In this document: positions 1 to 9,852 of the stretch, piece by piece
Position numbering within the stretch: the first letter of the stretch is position 1
Layout: each line of letters starts with the position of its first letter
DNA from: a virus
Reading direction: 5' to 3' (one strand)
DNA: 64,000 bases
IMG/VR virus record: IMGVR_UViG_3300029448_000010
Coordinates: 19,931 to 83,930 of that record
Made by a program: the position numbers and the translations under genes
Notes under the pieces: model-generated
Database searches by the model: none
Told to the model about the DNA's origin: nothing
What the model saw: only the letters and a program-made list of their open reading frames with translations

Positions 1-384
1 CAATTCCCACCAATACACATGCTGTGCTGAAATACGGTGGTGTCCTTTGGTTATAGCGTTTTCTTCTGACCACGCTACCATGTCGGTTATTGCACCTTCT
101 AGCCACTCATGCAGTAATGCAGTAAAACTATGACTAATAGGCATATCAGTAGCATTTCGTATCAATTGATTAAGACTAACTCTAGAATTGTATTTTCTCT
201 TCTTGGGCTGTTTAGGCTCAATAAATTCTCCTTGCTCATTAAAGTAAGGAACGAGATGTTGTAGCAATTTTTTAGGTCTGCCTTGTTCATGTAATACATT
301 CTTTAGATGAGCATATCCATCCACTACATCAATACAAGTATAAGTCTCAAAATCTATTACAGTTAACTGTCCTTTTTGTATCAT
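1..384 (-). CDS. Partial CDS (runs off window start) with C-terminal histone-fold-like domain
   Basis: Not in the ORF track. ATG at 384 overlaps the stop of 381..863 (ATGA). Manual translation: MIQKGQLTVIDFETYTC...KKRKYNSRVSLNQLIRNATDMPISHSFTALLHEWLEGAITDMVAWSEENAITKGHHRISAQHVYWWEL. Helix/loop spacing matches HMf-like histones. Confidence 0.6.
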   Translation of the reverse strand, partial: MIQKGQLTVIDFETYTCIDVVDGYAHLKNVLHEQGRPKKLLQHLVPYFNEQGEFIEPKQPKKRKYNSRVSLNQLIRNATDMPISHSFTALLHEWLEGAITDMVAWSEENAITKGHHRISAQHVYWWEL

Positions 385-863
385 TCTTCTGCCTCCATTT
401 GCGATTGTTTTAGTATCTTTAGAATAAGGTCTGTATCTGCACCGTTTTCTAATTGTAGTATGGTAAGGTTAATCACTTGCTTCTGCCTTTCAGCAAAATC
501 TCTATCTTCTTTTAGAGAAACTAAAGACTCAAAAGCAGACCTAAAATCAGGAGTAAGAGTAAAACCAGCATCTTTAGCAAGTTTTTTTTCTAGACCAAGT
601 TTGTTTATCATAGCGACCTTTGGTGCGATTTCTGCATCCCAGTCATAATAGCGAGCATACAAGTTACGCAATTTGGCTAAAGAAATCCTTACCCTTTTCT
701 TGTAAAACTCTAGATGTCCTTCTATTTGTTTTTTAGACAAACTACTTATTTTGAAAACATTCCCTTTCGGGTCAGAAACATATCTAGTACTAGGTTTAGC
801 ATAAGTAGTTGAGGTTGGGTGAATTACATATCTATCATTTACTGCACTATATTCATCATTCAT
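381..863 (-). CDS. Hypothetical protein
   Basis: 160-aa ORF, ATGA-coupled to both neighbours. Confidence 0.75.
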   Translation of the reverse strand: MNDEYSAVNDRYVIHPTSTTYAKPSTRYVSDPKGNVFKISSLSKKQIEGHLEFYKKRVRISLAKLRNLYARYYDWDAEIAPKVAMINKLGLEKKLAKDAGFTLTPDFRSAFESLVSLKEDRDFAERQKQVINLTILQLENGADTDLILKILKQSQMEAEE

Positions 864-2398
864 ATTATCATCTCTATCATATCATCTAAGGTATTAATAT
901 CCGCAACAAACTTATCATCACGAATACGGACACATCTAGGAAATCTTAATCCATAGTTACCTTCTGCATCTTGTGTTATTAAATCAGCAGTTACTTCTAA
1001 AACCACTCTAGGCAAGAAGTGATAAGTGCCTTTATCGTAATTATCAACTTGCCTTCTTAATTCATTAGTTAATCTAACTAATTGACTATCACTAAAACCC
1101 GTACCGACAGAACCTAAATTAACATAACCGTCATTTTCAGTCCTTAGACCTATTCCAAAAGTACCGAATACATTTGCTCTTTTACCTTCACCATACTTAG
1201 CAGTTAGAATAACTACATCTAAGTTAATGCGTGGAGGTTTGTATTTAGCCCAACCTATACTTCTTTTACCTGCTTCATACGACATAGAAGCATCCTTTAC
1301 GATTATTCCTTCAAAGCCGTCATTAATTGCTCGACTGTAAAAGGCAAGAGTATCAACGCATTCATCCGGCATTCTATGTGCTTGATTAGGCAATCCTTTG
1401 AATTTGTTAAGTCTATCTCTATAAGATAATTCCATAATAGTTTCACCATTAAACTTTAGACAGTCAAAAATTACCCATTCAACGGGAACCTTTTCAATTG
1501 CTTCTGCATGGTCTTTAGAGTGAACCCTTGTACCCATCTTCTTGTGTTCTGCTGGCGTACCATCTTCATTAATAGGATATATTTCACCATCTAGTATAGC
1601 ATTAGGAATATCATATTCTCTAACAATATCCGCTACATCAGAAAACTGAGGAGTAACTACATTACCCTTACGATTAAAGATAATTACATTGTCTCCTTCT
1701 TTATGGATTTGATAACGATTACCGTCATACTTGTAGTCCACTATTTTATCAAGAGGCCATTTATTCATAGGTAGGTCTTTTGCTAACATAGGTGCTACAA
1801 AAGAACCATGCTCAAGATTCATTGGTGGCTCGGTATTAGATTCATAATACCGTGCAACATTGGAAATAGAATTAAAGTTACAATGCTTTTTGACATCAGA
1901 TAACTTCTTGTCATAATGTTTAGCCAATATCTTCTTTACTACTCCACTGTTAATCCCGTTGCGTGGTGTTCTTAACCAATACCTAATAAACCATTTACAT
2001 TCTAAAGCACTCATATTAATTATAGCATGTCTAATAGTATCATATGAATTACTGCTGATTGAGCCGCAATCCATAGAAAGAAGATTTAAAACAACTGGCA
2101 TAGGTGTTGCTTCTAATGTTTCTGCTGATACATCTAAGTAATATATTGCTTCTCCTAAATCATCGTGAGCCTTATATTCATCTTCTATTTCATCGTCATG
2201 AACATTGTATATCTTTGCCAACCATTTCTTAGCCTTTGAAAGACCTATATTGTTACTAGGATATTCTTTTGCTAGGATAGCAAATAAGGCTGGTTTATTA
2301 TGGAAGGTTTGAAGTTCCCTCGTAATCATAGATACCTGTTGTGTTGGTGTTCTTTGGTCTGTGCTTTCTAATAGTCTCGATAGTCTCATCATTGTCAT
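860..2398 (-). CDS. lig: ATP-dependent DNA ligase
   Basis: Motif I KYDGNR, ILDGE, FDCL, EGIIVK, WAKYK and C-terminal OB fold with LRFPRCVRIRDDK. Confidence 0.95.
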   Translation of the reverse strand: MTMMRLSRLLESTDQRTPTQQVSMITRELQTFHNKPALFAILAKEYPSNNIGLSKAKKWLAKIYNVHDDEIEDEYKAHDDLGEAIYYLDVSAETLEATPMPVVLNLLSMDCGSISSNSYDTIRHAIINMSALECKWFIRYWLRTPRNGINSGVVKKILAKHYDKKLSDVKKHCNFNSISNVARYYESNTEPPMNLEHGSFVAPMLAKDLPMNKWPLDKIVDYKYDGNRYQIHKEGDNVIIFNRKGNVVTPQFSDVADIVREYDIPNAILDGEIYPINEDGTPAEHKKMGTRVHSKDHAEAIEKVPVEWVIFDCLKFNGETIMELSYRDRLNKFKGLPNQAHRMPDECVDTLAFYSRAINDGFEGIIVKDASMSYEAGKRSIGWAKYKPPRINLDVVILTAKYGEGKRANVFGTFGIGLRTENDGYVNLGSVGTGFSDSQLVRLTNELRRQVDNYDKGTYHFLPRVVLEVTADLITQDAEGNYGLRFPRCVRIRDDKFVADINTLDDMIEMII

Positions 2399-2517
2399 TT
2401 ATAATCATCTCCATATTGTTATTACATTTTATTACTAATTCCTTTAGTAAAAGGCCCATTTTACCGCCTTCTAGTTTGATAGAATGCGCCCATAAGTGAT
2501 GGGCTAATCTTTCCCAT

Positions 2518-2886
2518 TCACTCTTCTTCATCTGAAACAACTCCCTGTTCTATACTATTCATTAACCTTACAAAGTTAATCATCATAGTTTGAACAAGTG
2601 CTGATTCTTCTTCTTTGCCTTGTTCCATTAAGCGATGTAACATATGAATCATAGATGCTTGAGTTACAGCCGGTGCTAGGCGTGCCAAATTATCAGAATG
2701 AAACATTTCCCAATACATCATAAATGACGCTCTCGGTAAAAACATTCCATTCCTAACTACCGCATAGTTATCTTCAAAGTGGGCTAATGCGGCAGGGTTC
2801 TTCTTAATCTTCTTTTTCATGGCTTTCGCCCATTCCACAAATCTTTTATCATTCGTTATATCTAAAAACATTTTATTCATATTCAT
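2518..2886 (-). CDS. Hypothetical protein
   Basis: 122-aa ORF in the coupled minus-strand operon. Confidence 0.7.
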   Translation of the reverse strand: MNMNKMFLDITNDKRFVEWAKAMKKKIKKNPAALAHFEDNYAVVRNGMFLPRASFMMYWEMFHSDNLARLAPAVTQASMIHMLHRLMEQGKEEESALVQTMMINFVRLMNSIEQGVVSDEEE

Positions 2887-3149
2887 TCTTCTTCATCTCC
2901 TAATAACATTAGTTGCATTAATGCAGTTTGGAATCTTCCCCAACATGCGTCTATATGGTTTGGTTGTACCCTACAACCCCTACCAGAATTAGGCGGTAGT
3001 GGCATTTGCATTTCAATATAAGCAGACCATAAATCAATCAATTCATTTGAACATTTTCTATGTCTCCCCAATGCACCCATACCATATTGTCTATCAGGAT
3101 TAGCCTTTCTAACGCTGGCCTTTGTTTGTACTTCACTTATTCTAGTCAT
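2883..3149 (-). CDS. Small protein, possible divergent histone fold
   Basis: 88 aa: ISEVQTKASVRKANPDRQYG, a long helix, then GCRVQPNHIDACW (cf. H2A RITPRHL, HMf KTIKAEDI). Confidence 0.4.
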   Translation of the reverse strand: MTRISEVQTKASVRKANPDRQYGMGALGRHRKCSNELIDLWSAYIEMQMPLPPNSGRGCRVQPNHIDACWGRFQTALMQLMLLGDEEE

Positions 3150-3339
3150 CTAATTCCCTCTTTAATATATTTAATAATGTCTTTGCTTCATCTATATTTA
3201 GACGAATGCCTTTTGTTGGCTTATCATTCTTATGCCAACGAATATCTAAGACTTCGATATTCCAATAAGTACCACGCTTAACTAATACTTCATCATTAGC
3301 GTTCCTTACTATTCTTCCTTTAATTTCAAAATCACTCAC
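3142..3339 (-). CDS. PC4/p15-like ssDNA-binding protein
   Basis: VLDIRW...KPTKGIRL matches the PC4 signature DIR...PTxKGIxL; 65 aa. Confidence 0.75.
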   Translation of the reverse strand: MSDFEIKGRIVRNANDEVLVKRGTYWNIEVLDIRWHKNDKPTKGIRLNIDEAKTLLNILKRELDD

Positions 3340-3736
3340 TAAACCACCCCTGTTTGAATTTATCTAATTCCTTTCTTGAAGTAAAATATCTAGGAGTATC
3401 TAACTCATCTATTCTATTAACTAACCAACAAGCCCCGCCTAATGACGATATTTGTACTATTTCATATTGGCCTCCATTGATTTCTATTACTTCAATAGTG
3501 TTAACCTCCGGCACTAATCCATATGTCTTAGTAATCTCATTAGCAACATCATGTATATTTTCAACTACATACTTGATGATATGCGCTCTTTGAATAGGTA
3601 TCTTGGGCGCAACTTGAATAGATAACTTACCTGTCATATTACAAACTTTACATTTGTTTCCTTCACATATAGGACACTTTACTTCTGCTGCATGTGGCGC
3701 AGGTAAAGTAACTGTCACTGCCCTTTTCTTAGACAT
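3332..3736 (-). CDS. Zn-finger protein (CxxCxG repeats)
   Basis: CPICEGNKCKVCNMTG, DnaJ-like cysteine pattern. Confidence 0.6.
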   Translation of the reverse strand: MSKKRAVTVTLPAPHAAEVKCPICEGNKCKVCNMTGKLSIQVAPKIPIQRAHIIKYVVENIHDVANEITKTYGLVPEVNTIEVIEINGGQYEIVQISSLGGACWLVNRIDELDTPRYFTSRKELDKFKQGWFSE

Positions 3737-3892
3737 ATTAATCCTCCTTAAAAAGAAGAATGCCGTGTTCCATACAATATCCTCCTTCTATCATTTTTTT
3801 AACCCAAGTAGGCTGTTCTCCGATTACAGATGCGCTGTTTTTCAGTATTTTTTTCTGACAGCCTTTAAATTGACATTTAAACCATACCATAT

Positions 3893-5428
3893 TTATTCCT
3901 CCAATAACACCGCTACTTCAGTTGATAAGAATAGATTAGCAATAGACATAGCCGCAAGGAAACTATTCTTAGTTACCTTTACGGGGTCAATAATCCCTGA
4001 ATCGTGCATATTCTCAATCTTACCTGTTAAGGCATTCAGCGCATAATCCTTACCCACTGTGTAGTTTACCTCTATATCATGAACATAGTCAGCATACTTC
4101 AATCCGCTATTATCGAAGATAGCGCATATTGGCGCACTTAGAGAATCATATACTAAAGCATGGCCGGTCTGTGCTACATCTAATTCTTGTCTAGCAATAA
4201 TAAATGCTTTACCTCCACCAATAACAATACCTTCATCCAAAGCCGCTTTAGTTGCGTTAAGTGCATCATCAAGCCTTTCCTTCTTTTCTCTCATTTCAAT
4301 AGAAGAAGAAGCACCTATTCTAATAGTAGCGACGCCACCGTTAAGTCTAGCAATTCTTCCCTTTAGTCTCATCTTATCGTATTTATCTTCAGCAGATTCA
4401 TATAATTGTTTAAGACTTAGTACCTTATGTTTTAACTCATCGGCATCTCCTTCTCCACCAATAATAACAGTATTTTCTTTACTTACTACTATTCTATCAG
4501 CAGTACCTAATTCATCCATAGTAGCCATAGCAGGGTCGTCTTTACTTTCTTCGTTGAATAGTTTACCACCACAAATAGCAGTAATATCTGTTAACTCATC
4601 TAATTGAGCATCACCAAAGTTAGGAGCCTTTACTACAACTACTTCAATAGTTTTCTGCAATACATTCATAATTACATTACTTAGTGCAGTGCCTTCCATA
4701 CCCCTACAAATAATAACTAGCGGTCTTTTGTTTCTAGCACACAATTCCAACAAAGGGAGTATGTCTTGGAAATGTCGTATGTTAAGATTAGATGTAAATA
4801 TTACAGGGTTGTCGAAGGTTGTTTTACCATCTTCGCCATTAGTCATCATATGACTCAAGTACCCTTCATCAAACTCTATACCATCTCTAACTATTAGATT
4901 AGTCATGTGGGATTTAGATTCCTCAACTGTAATTACGCCATCTCTCCCTACTTTATTAATAGCCCCTTGAATCAGCAAACCTAACTTAGAATCATTATTC
5001 GCCGCTATTGTGGCTACATTCAGAATATCATCATCAAGAATAGGTTTAGCCTGTTCAGCAAGAGAGGCTAAAATTATCTCTTCTGCTTCTTTGAACTCCT
5101 TTTGCAAGTTACGCATATTGTAAAACTGTTGTTCTTTAATACCTTTAACTAATGCTTGAGCAATAATACAAGCAGTAGTAGTACCATCACCTGAATTATC
5201 CTGTGCTTTACTTGCTAAGTTTTGAACCATCTGAACACCCATTTGAACATAAGGGTCTTTACTTGAAATATACTTAGTAATGGTTACGCCGTCATTAATC
5301 ACAACAGGTGGATTGCCTTGCAAAATTACTGTTTTTGCTTGTGGCCCCAATGTCGGTTTTACTGTATTCGCTACTAAATCAATTCCTTCTTGTAACTTCT
5401 GCTTAACTTCTTTTCCATTAATTATCAT
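3893..5428 (-). CDS. groEL: Group I chaperonin (GroEL-like)
   Basis: TLGP, NDGVTI, GDGTTT, APNFGD, ERLDDALNAT, GIIDPVKVT motifs; lacks the GGM tail. Confidence 0.95.
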   Translation of the reverse strand: MIINGKEVKQKLQEGIDLVANTVKPTLGPQAKTVILQGNPPVVINDGVTITKYISSKDPYVQMGVQMVQNLASKAQDNSGDGTTTACIIAQALVKGIKEQQFYNMRNLQKEFKEAEEIILASLAEQAKPILDDDILNVATIAANNDSKLGLLIQGAINKVGRDGVITVEESKSHMTNLIVRDGIEFDEGYLSHMMTNGEDGKTTFDNPVIFTSNLNIRHFQDILPLLELCARNKRPLVIICRGMEGTALSNVIMNVLQKTIEVVVVKAPNFGDAQLDELTDITAICGGKLFNEESKDDPAMATMDELGTADRIVVSKENTVIIGGEGDADELKHKVLSLKQLYESAEDKYDKMRLKGRIARLNGGVATIRIGASSSIEMREKKERLDDALNATKAALDEGIVIGGGKAFIIARQELDVAQTGHALVYDSLSAPICAIFDNSGLKYADYVHDIEVNYTVGKDYALNALTGKIENMHDSGIIDPVKVTKNSFLAAMSIANLFLSTEVAVLLEE

Positions 5429-5598
5429 TCAATCATCTCCACATCATTAATATTGTATTTATTCAAACCATAGTACTCTTCACCGTGATAAGGCACTCCG
5501 GCATATAGGCAATAACACTCTTCACTACAAAAGGCTCTTTGCCCTACTGCTGTCATAACTAGATACTTCACTGTTTCTTCTCCACAATTAGCACACAT
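5425..5598 (-). CDS. Small Zn-binding protein (TRASH/YHS-like)
   Basis: Below the track cutoff; 57 aa MCANCGEE...AFCSEECY; overlaps both neighbours. Confidence 0.6.
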   Translation of the reverse strand: MCANCGEETVKYLVMTAVGQRAFCSEECYCLYAGVPYHGEEYYGLNKYNINDVEMIE

Positions 5599-5816
5599 TA
5601 TCCAATCACCGCCATTATCTGTTCATAAGGAATAAACATCACATTGTTCTCTGTTGTATATTCTAGTTTATCATTGAAGACTACAATCTTATCTCTAAGA
5701 GTTGTGTCACATTGACAGTCAAACACCCTGCCTCTGTTAGAGGCTTTTGTTAAGATACCGCTATCAGTTTTCTTTTCTTCTATTACTACTACAACCCAAT
5801 TTCCTACTGCTTTCAT
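5598..5816 (-). CDS. groES: Co-chaperonin (GroES-like)
   Basis: MKAVGNWVVV..EEKKTDSGIL...GRV...EQIMAVI pattern; 72 aa; one gene upstream of the GroEL-like gene. Confidence 0.75.
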   Translation of the reverse strand: MKAVGNWVVVVIEEKKTDSGILTKASNRGRVFDCQCDTTLRDKIVVFNDKLEYTTENNVMFIPYEQIMAVIG

Positions 5817-6004
5817 TCTAAATCACCTTCAAGTGGAGTAATGTTTATTCCCGATTGAAATACAGTTTTATTAGGATTGTTTAGCATCCACTGTATTGTG
5901 TCAAACTCGTCTTTGTGATGTTGACTACTATGTGACATCATTGATAAATAATCAACTATACTATCCAACACCTTTGCTTTTGTTTTTACGCTTGCTTTTT
6001 TCAT
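5813..6004 (-). CDS. Hypothetical protein
   Basis: 63-aa ORF with ATGA overlaps. Confidence 0.6.
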   Translation of the reverse strand: MKKASVKTKAKVLDSIVDYLSMMSHSSQHHKDEFDTIQWMLNNPNKTVFQSGINITPLEGDLE

Positions 6005-6273
6005 TCTTCTTCACCTAAACTAAATTTATTCATTCTTGCTACTTGGCAACAAAGTCTAATCTTTTGAGTTGATTCAAGATTCCAAAACTCATCATCTTTC
6101 CAGCCAAGTTTAACTTCAATATACCTACATAATTCTCTTCTAGTCATATTCTGAAAATCATCATCAATAGGTACTCCTAGTATCTCTCTAGTATCGTGGG
6201 TTAGAAACTTATCTAAGAATACATACACTCTTCCCATTAAACCAATTAATCTTCTAATAATCCATTGTATCAT
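6001..6273 (-). CDS. Hypothetical protein
   Basis: 90-aa ORF with ATGA overlaps. Confidence 0.65.
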   Translation of the reverse strand: MIQWIIRRLIGLMGRVYVFLDKFLTHDTREILGVPIDDDFQNMTRRELCRYIEVKLGWKDDEFWNLESTQKIRLCCQVARMNKFSLGEEE

Positions 6274-6554
6274 TCTTCTTCACCGCCAATTTTAATCCAT
6301 CCCATATTTAGGTCTGCATCAATAAAAGTATGAACATGAGTTTCATAAAACTCATCTAGAATATCATCCTTATATCCTCTCTTTCCCCAATAGATACCTT
6401 TAGTTTTCTTTTGGTTCTTATCATTAGGATGCCTTCTCTTATGGTTAGCCTGTCTTTCTTTAAGAGTTATTTTACCAGTAGGTGTTCTAACTTCTATTAA
6501 CATACTTTCCCCGTACTTATCCTTAACCTGCTTAAATGTAGTAGTGTAACTCAT
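6270..6554 (-). CDS. Hypothetical protein
   Basis: 94-aa ORF with ATGA overlaps. Confidence 0.65.
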   Translation of the reverse strand: MSYTTTFKQVKDKYGESMLIEVRTPTGKITLKERQANHKRRHPNDKNQKKTKGIYWGKRGYKDDILDEFYETHVHTFIDADLNMGWIKIGGEEE

Positions 6555-6676
6555 TCTTCATCACCCATCTTAATTAATTCTTGTTGTATTGGTATGTGTT
6601 CATCTGGTAATAAAGATTGACCAAATAAATATAACAATACTATTCCTATAAATCCTATAATTACTTCGCCTATCAT
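6551..6676 (-). CDS. Small membrane protein (41 aa)
   Basis: Not in the track; MIGEVIIGFIGIVLLYLFGQ...GDEE fills the gap with ATGA overlaps at both ends. Confidence 0.6.
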   Translation of the reverse strand: MIGEVIIGFIGIVLLYLFGQSLLPDEHIPIQQELIKMGDEE

Positions 6677-7158
6677 TCTTCTTCATCTCCTTTTGAAGAC
6701 CAAACCTGTGTCCTATCATATTCATAGTTACGGTAAATCTTTAATTGATTAGATTCTTCTTGGAACCAAGAACCATAATGACCGTCGCCGCCTAATACAT
6801 GAGCAGTTTTCATTAACGGTTCCCAAACTCTAACAGTCCTAATATCAGTCCCACTAAAATAAGCAGAACCAAATGGGTGTGTATGAATCCATGTCTTAAT
6901 AGGTAATTTCATTCCAACAGGGTCTATTTGAAAATCAACATAGCCCGATGAACCCGATGAAATATGGATAGCATCGTTAGAATCAATAACTACTTGCACT
7001 TCAAGGTTAGGTAGTATTTCAGTTGAAGCATACCATATATGCTCAAATAGGTCTTTTATCTCCATACCTTGCTCATAATACGCATCAATGTATAATTCAG
7101 CCTTCATCCTTGCTATCTTTAAATCAATTCTTTTCATAATAGTTTCAAAATTTTCCAT
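6673..7158 (-). CDS. JAB/MPN+ metalloprotease (deubiquitinase-like)
   Basis: Upstream Glu (NLEVQ) and WIHTHPFGSAYFSGTD = HxH-x7-S-x2-D JAMM motif. Confidence 0.85.
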   Translation of the reverse strand: MENFETIMKRIDLKIARMKAELYIDAYYEQGMEIKDLFEHIWYASTEILPNLEVQVVIDSNDAIHISSGSSGYVDFQIDPVGMKLPIKTWIHTHPFGSAYFSGTDIRTVRVWEPLMKTAHVLGGDGHYGSWFQEESNQLKIYRNYEYDRTQVWSSKGDEEE

Positions 7159-8275
7159 CTATGTTCACCTTCTTTTGTAGTTTACTTAGTTTAGTAACGG
7201 CTTTATCCAATTTACGATTGAGCCTCTTTTCTCTTTTAGCGATTCTTCGCAGTTTCCAACGCTTTAGAAGCGAAGGTTTCTTCTCCGGCTTCATATTACG
7301 CTTCATTTGATTGCGTATTTCAGTGGCCTTCATAACCAACTCTTCACTAACAGCATATGTTAAATCATAATGCTTCTCATAGTGTTTTGCTATTACCCAA
7401 TACGGCCTTTCATAAGTTTCTCTCGCTTCTTCTATTGAAATCTCAGGGAAAGATACCAGTAAACTTAGTGATTCATCCATAGACCAAGTATCAGATACTT
7501 TAGAGTATTCTTTACTTGGGCTTTCATTAAGCCTTACAGGTTTATTTTCTCTAGTATGAATCTCAACATAATCGTCTTTAGTCGAAGCAGTATTAGTTAC
7601 TCTTTCTTCAGTGACAATTTTATCTAAATCAACTTTGTTGATAATTTCAAAAGCACGATGTTTCAATGACCTTTGCCATCTCTGTTGTATTGCCTTATGT
7701 GTGCGATTAGTGAATAAAGTAGTAGGAGGGTATTTATTCTTATTTACCTTCCATTCAGTAACAATAGCGTCTTCTTCTAAAGTCCATCTAGAACTAGATG
7801 CGTGTTTATTATCCTTAACACCCTTTCCTTTAGTAGCCCTTGGATTAGTACCCAATGCTCTTGGATTAGTACCCTGTGTTCTTAGATTACTACCTACCGG
7901 AGTTAACAAGTCAATCTGTTCACTAGCAACTGCTTTAGTGAAGTTTCCTTCTTTGGCGGATTCTGCTAATTTATCCTCTAATACTTTCTTTTCTTTAGTA
8001 GTACCGTTAGGTAAAGTTAAAGAGGCAATAAACTTGCATTGTCTCCTTGTTGCAGGGTCGTCTTTCCAATGAGTAGGAATACTTACCGACAGTTCTTGAC
8101 GGTCTTGTAACTTTATATCATATTTCTTTTTAAACTTAGCAATAGTGGATGAATAGTTAGAAGCACTTCTATTAGGAAATCCTTCACTATACATTTCAAA
8201 TGCTATTTCAGGCCATGTTTTGCCTTCTTCTCTTTTCTTTATTGCTGTTGCAATTTCAATAGGTTTCCATTTCAT
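7145..8275 (-). CDS. Multi-domain DNA-binding protein with Myb/SANT-like repeats
   Basis: RWTLEEDAIV...RTHKAIQQRW and TWSMDESLSL resemble Myb repeats; N-terminal HTH-like segment (GKTWPEIA). Confidence 0.55.
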   Translation of the reverse strand: MKWKPIEIATAIKKREEGKTWPEIAFEMYSEGFPNRSASNYSSTIAKFKKKYDIKLQDRQELSVSIPTHWKDDPATRRQCKFIASLTLPNGTTKEKKVLEDKLAESAKEGNFTKAVASEQIDLLTPVGSNLRTQGTNPRALGTNPRATKGKGVKDNKHASSSRWTLEEDAIVTEWKVNKNKYPPTTLFTNRTHKAIQQRWQRSLKHRAFEIINKVDLDKIVTEERVTNTASTKDDYVEIHTRENKPVRLNESPSKEYSKVSDTWSMDESLSLLVSFPEISIEEARETYERPYWVIAKHYEKHYDLTYAVSEELVMKATEIRNQMKRNMKPEKKPSLLKRWKLRRIAKREKRLNRKLDKAVTKLSKLQKKVNIDGKF

Positions 8276-8277
8276 AT

Positions 8278-8490
8278 TTATACCTCCAATTCTTCATTCA
8301 TTTCCATTTTAAATTCCCATGTGTGGAATACTTCGTGACCTCCTAAAAAGCCACCTGCTTCTCTAATAGGGCCAATATATCTAGCCCCGCAAACTTGACA
8401 ATAAGCCATAACGATTCTTTCTTCATAATAAGAACCTTTATCACCGTCTATATCTATTACTCTCCCAATGTCTGATTCTGTATATTTCAT
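8278..8490 (-). CDS. Small Zn-finger-like protein
   Basis: CQVCG...HEVFH (C2H2-like). Confidence 0.55.
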   Translation of the reverse strand: MKYTESDIGRVIDIDGDKGSYYEERIVMAYCQVCGARYIGPIREAGGFLGGHEVFHTWEFKMEMNEELEV

Positions 8491-9044
8491 ACATTCACGA
8501 CCATAAAGGACTTTACTTCTTCTTCATTGAACCATCGTTGAATCCAATGTGCGCCCATTCCAGCAATAGCGGCTTGCATGAAATGAACCGCTTTATTGGT
8601 TCCATCCCATGAATCACCTTGACAACTAAAAGAACCATTTGGCCCTGCTAAAAGGGAATCATACATCTTAGGGTCTGCTTCATAACTCACAAATACCGCA
8701 TTCCTACCTTGCGCTCGTAAGTCGAGCCATTTAAGGGTTGTGTTGTATAAGGTGCGTCTTACGCTTAGGTTATCCACACAGCATACTACCAAATCATAAC
8801 CCTCCATCTGTTTTGCAGTTAAGATAGGGAAAGGAATTACCTTTTTTATGTTGTATCTTTTATTCATAGCCTTTGCTTTATTTTCACCTACTTCTTCTTC
8901 AGTAAAGTTCTGATAAGGTAAATTCTTTTTCTCAACTTTATCAGGGTCGGCTACTGTAATATCATACATTCCTACTTGATTCAATAAAGGTATTAGATAA
9001 CTACCAATACCGCCTGTTCCTATAACTAATATTTTTCTTTTCAT
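8487..9044 (-). CDS. ThiF/MoeB/E1-family adenylyltransferase
   Basis: ILVIGTGGIGS, DPDKVEKKNL.YQ, VGENKA, DLVVCCVDNLSVR; distal Cys in FSCQG. Likely start is 9044 (ATGA overlap). Confidence 0.9.
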   Translation of the reverse strand: MKRKILVIGTGGIGSYLIPLLNQVGMYDITVADPDKVEKKNLPYQNFTEEEVGENKAKAMNKRYNIKKVIPFPILTAKQMEGYDLVVCCVDNLSVRRTLYNTTLKWLDLRAQGRNAVFVSYEADPKMYDSLLAGPNGSFSCQGDSWDGTNKAVHFMQAAIAGMGAHWIQRWFNEEEVKSFMVVNV

Positions 9045-9676
9045 TCTAACATCTCCAAATTGGCATTCCATCTTTCATTATACTCTTGTATTTCTGCGTT
9101 GTATTTTGTTTTGAAATGGTCTTTAGGCCACCATTCAGGCATTCTGTTTTGTCTCCATTCAGCAAACTTCCATTTACCTTCAAGATAATAATGTCTGTAA
9201 GACTTGATTACAAAGTCCCAATCGGGAATCCTGTTATCTTTAACTAATCTATACTTATCATCCATAGCAATAGTTACAGGAGTAGCCCACCAAGGGTCAG
9301 CCTGAAAATCAATTGTATATGCTATATCTAGTATTCTAGATTGTGAGCCATGCTTCTTATTGTAGCGATGAGTATATTCATCACAAAGAGCGCATCCGTG
9401 CGAGTATAACCATCGAGTATTGTTAGGGGTTTGTCTAGCCCAAATAGTACTAGGATGATTAAGCATAGCAGGTTTCATTAGGTTTGAACCAATATCTCTA
9501 TGAAATGCTTTTAATTGAGCAAGAGTAGGTTCTTCATTATAATGCTCAATATAGTCAAAATACAAAGCATTAGTATGTAACATCTGACAAGTTTCAGTCG
9601 GCATTTTTACTACATGCTTATTTAGCATTTGTTGTGCCGCTTCTTGTGGATTTCTTGATAGTGCAAATATATTCAT
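9041..9676 (-). CDS. Pyrimidine-dimer DNA glycosylase-like protein (DenV/endonuclease V family)
   Basis: MNIF.L...P..AA...KHVVKM..E..QML, NHPSTIWAR, EYTHRY.K.H, SYR.YY motifs. Confidence 0.75.
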   Translation of the reverse strand: MNIFALSRNPQEAAQQMLNKHVVKMPTETCQMLHTNALYFDYIEHYNEEPTLAQLKAFHRDIGSNLMKPAMLNHPSTIWARQTPNNTRWLYSHGCALCDEYTHRYNKKHGSQSRILDIAYTIDFQADPWWATPVTIAMDDKYRLVKDNRIPDWDFVIKSYRHYYLEGKWKFAEWRQNRMPEWWPKDHFKTKYNAEIQEYNERWNANLEMLE

Positions 9677-9852
9677 TTGAATTTCCTCCTTGCTTCTTCG
9701 TATATCTTATAGGTGTCTGTACGACCCAAAAGAGTTTGTTGTTTACAATACTCTTTTCTTTTAGTGTTTGTACTGACATAGGTATTTAGAAAATCTTTTT
9801 TCCAATATCTATGTTCGCTTGTCGGTATTACTTCTCTCATTCTTATTGTCAT

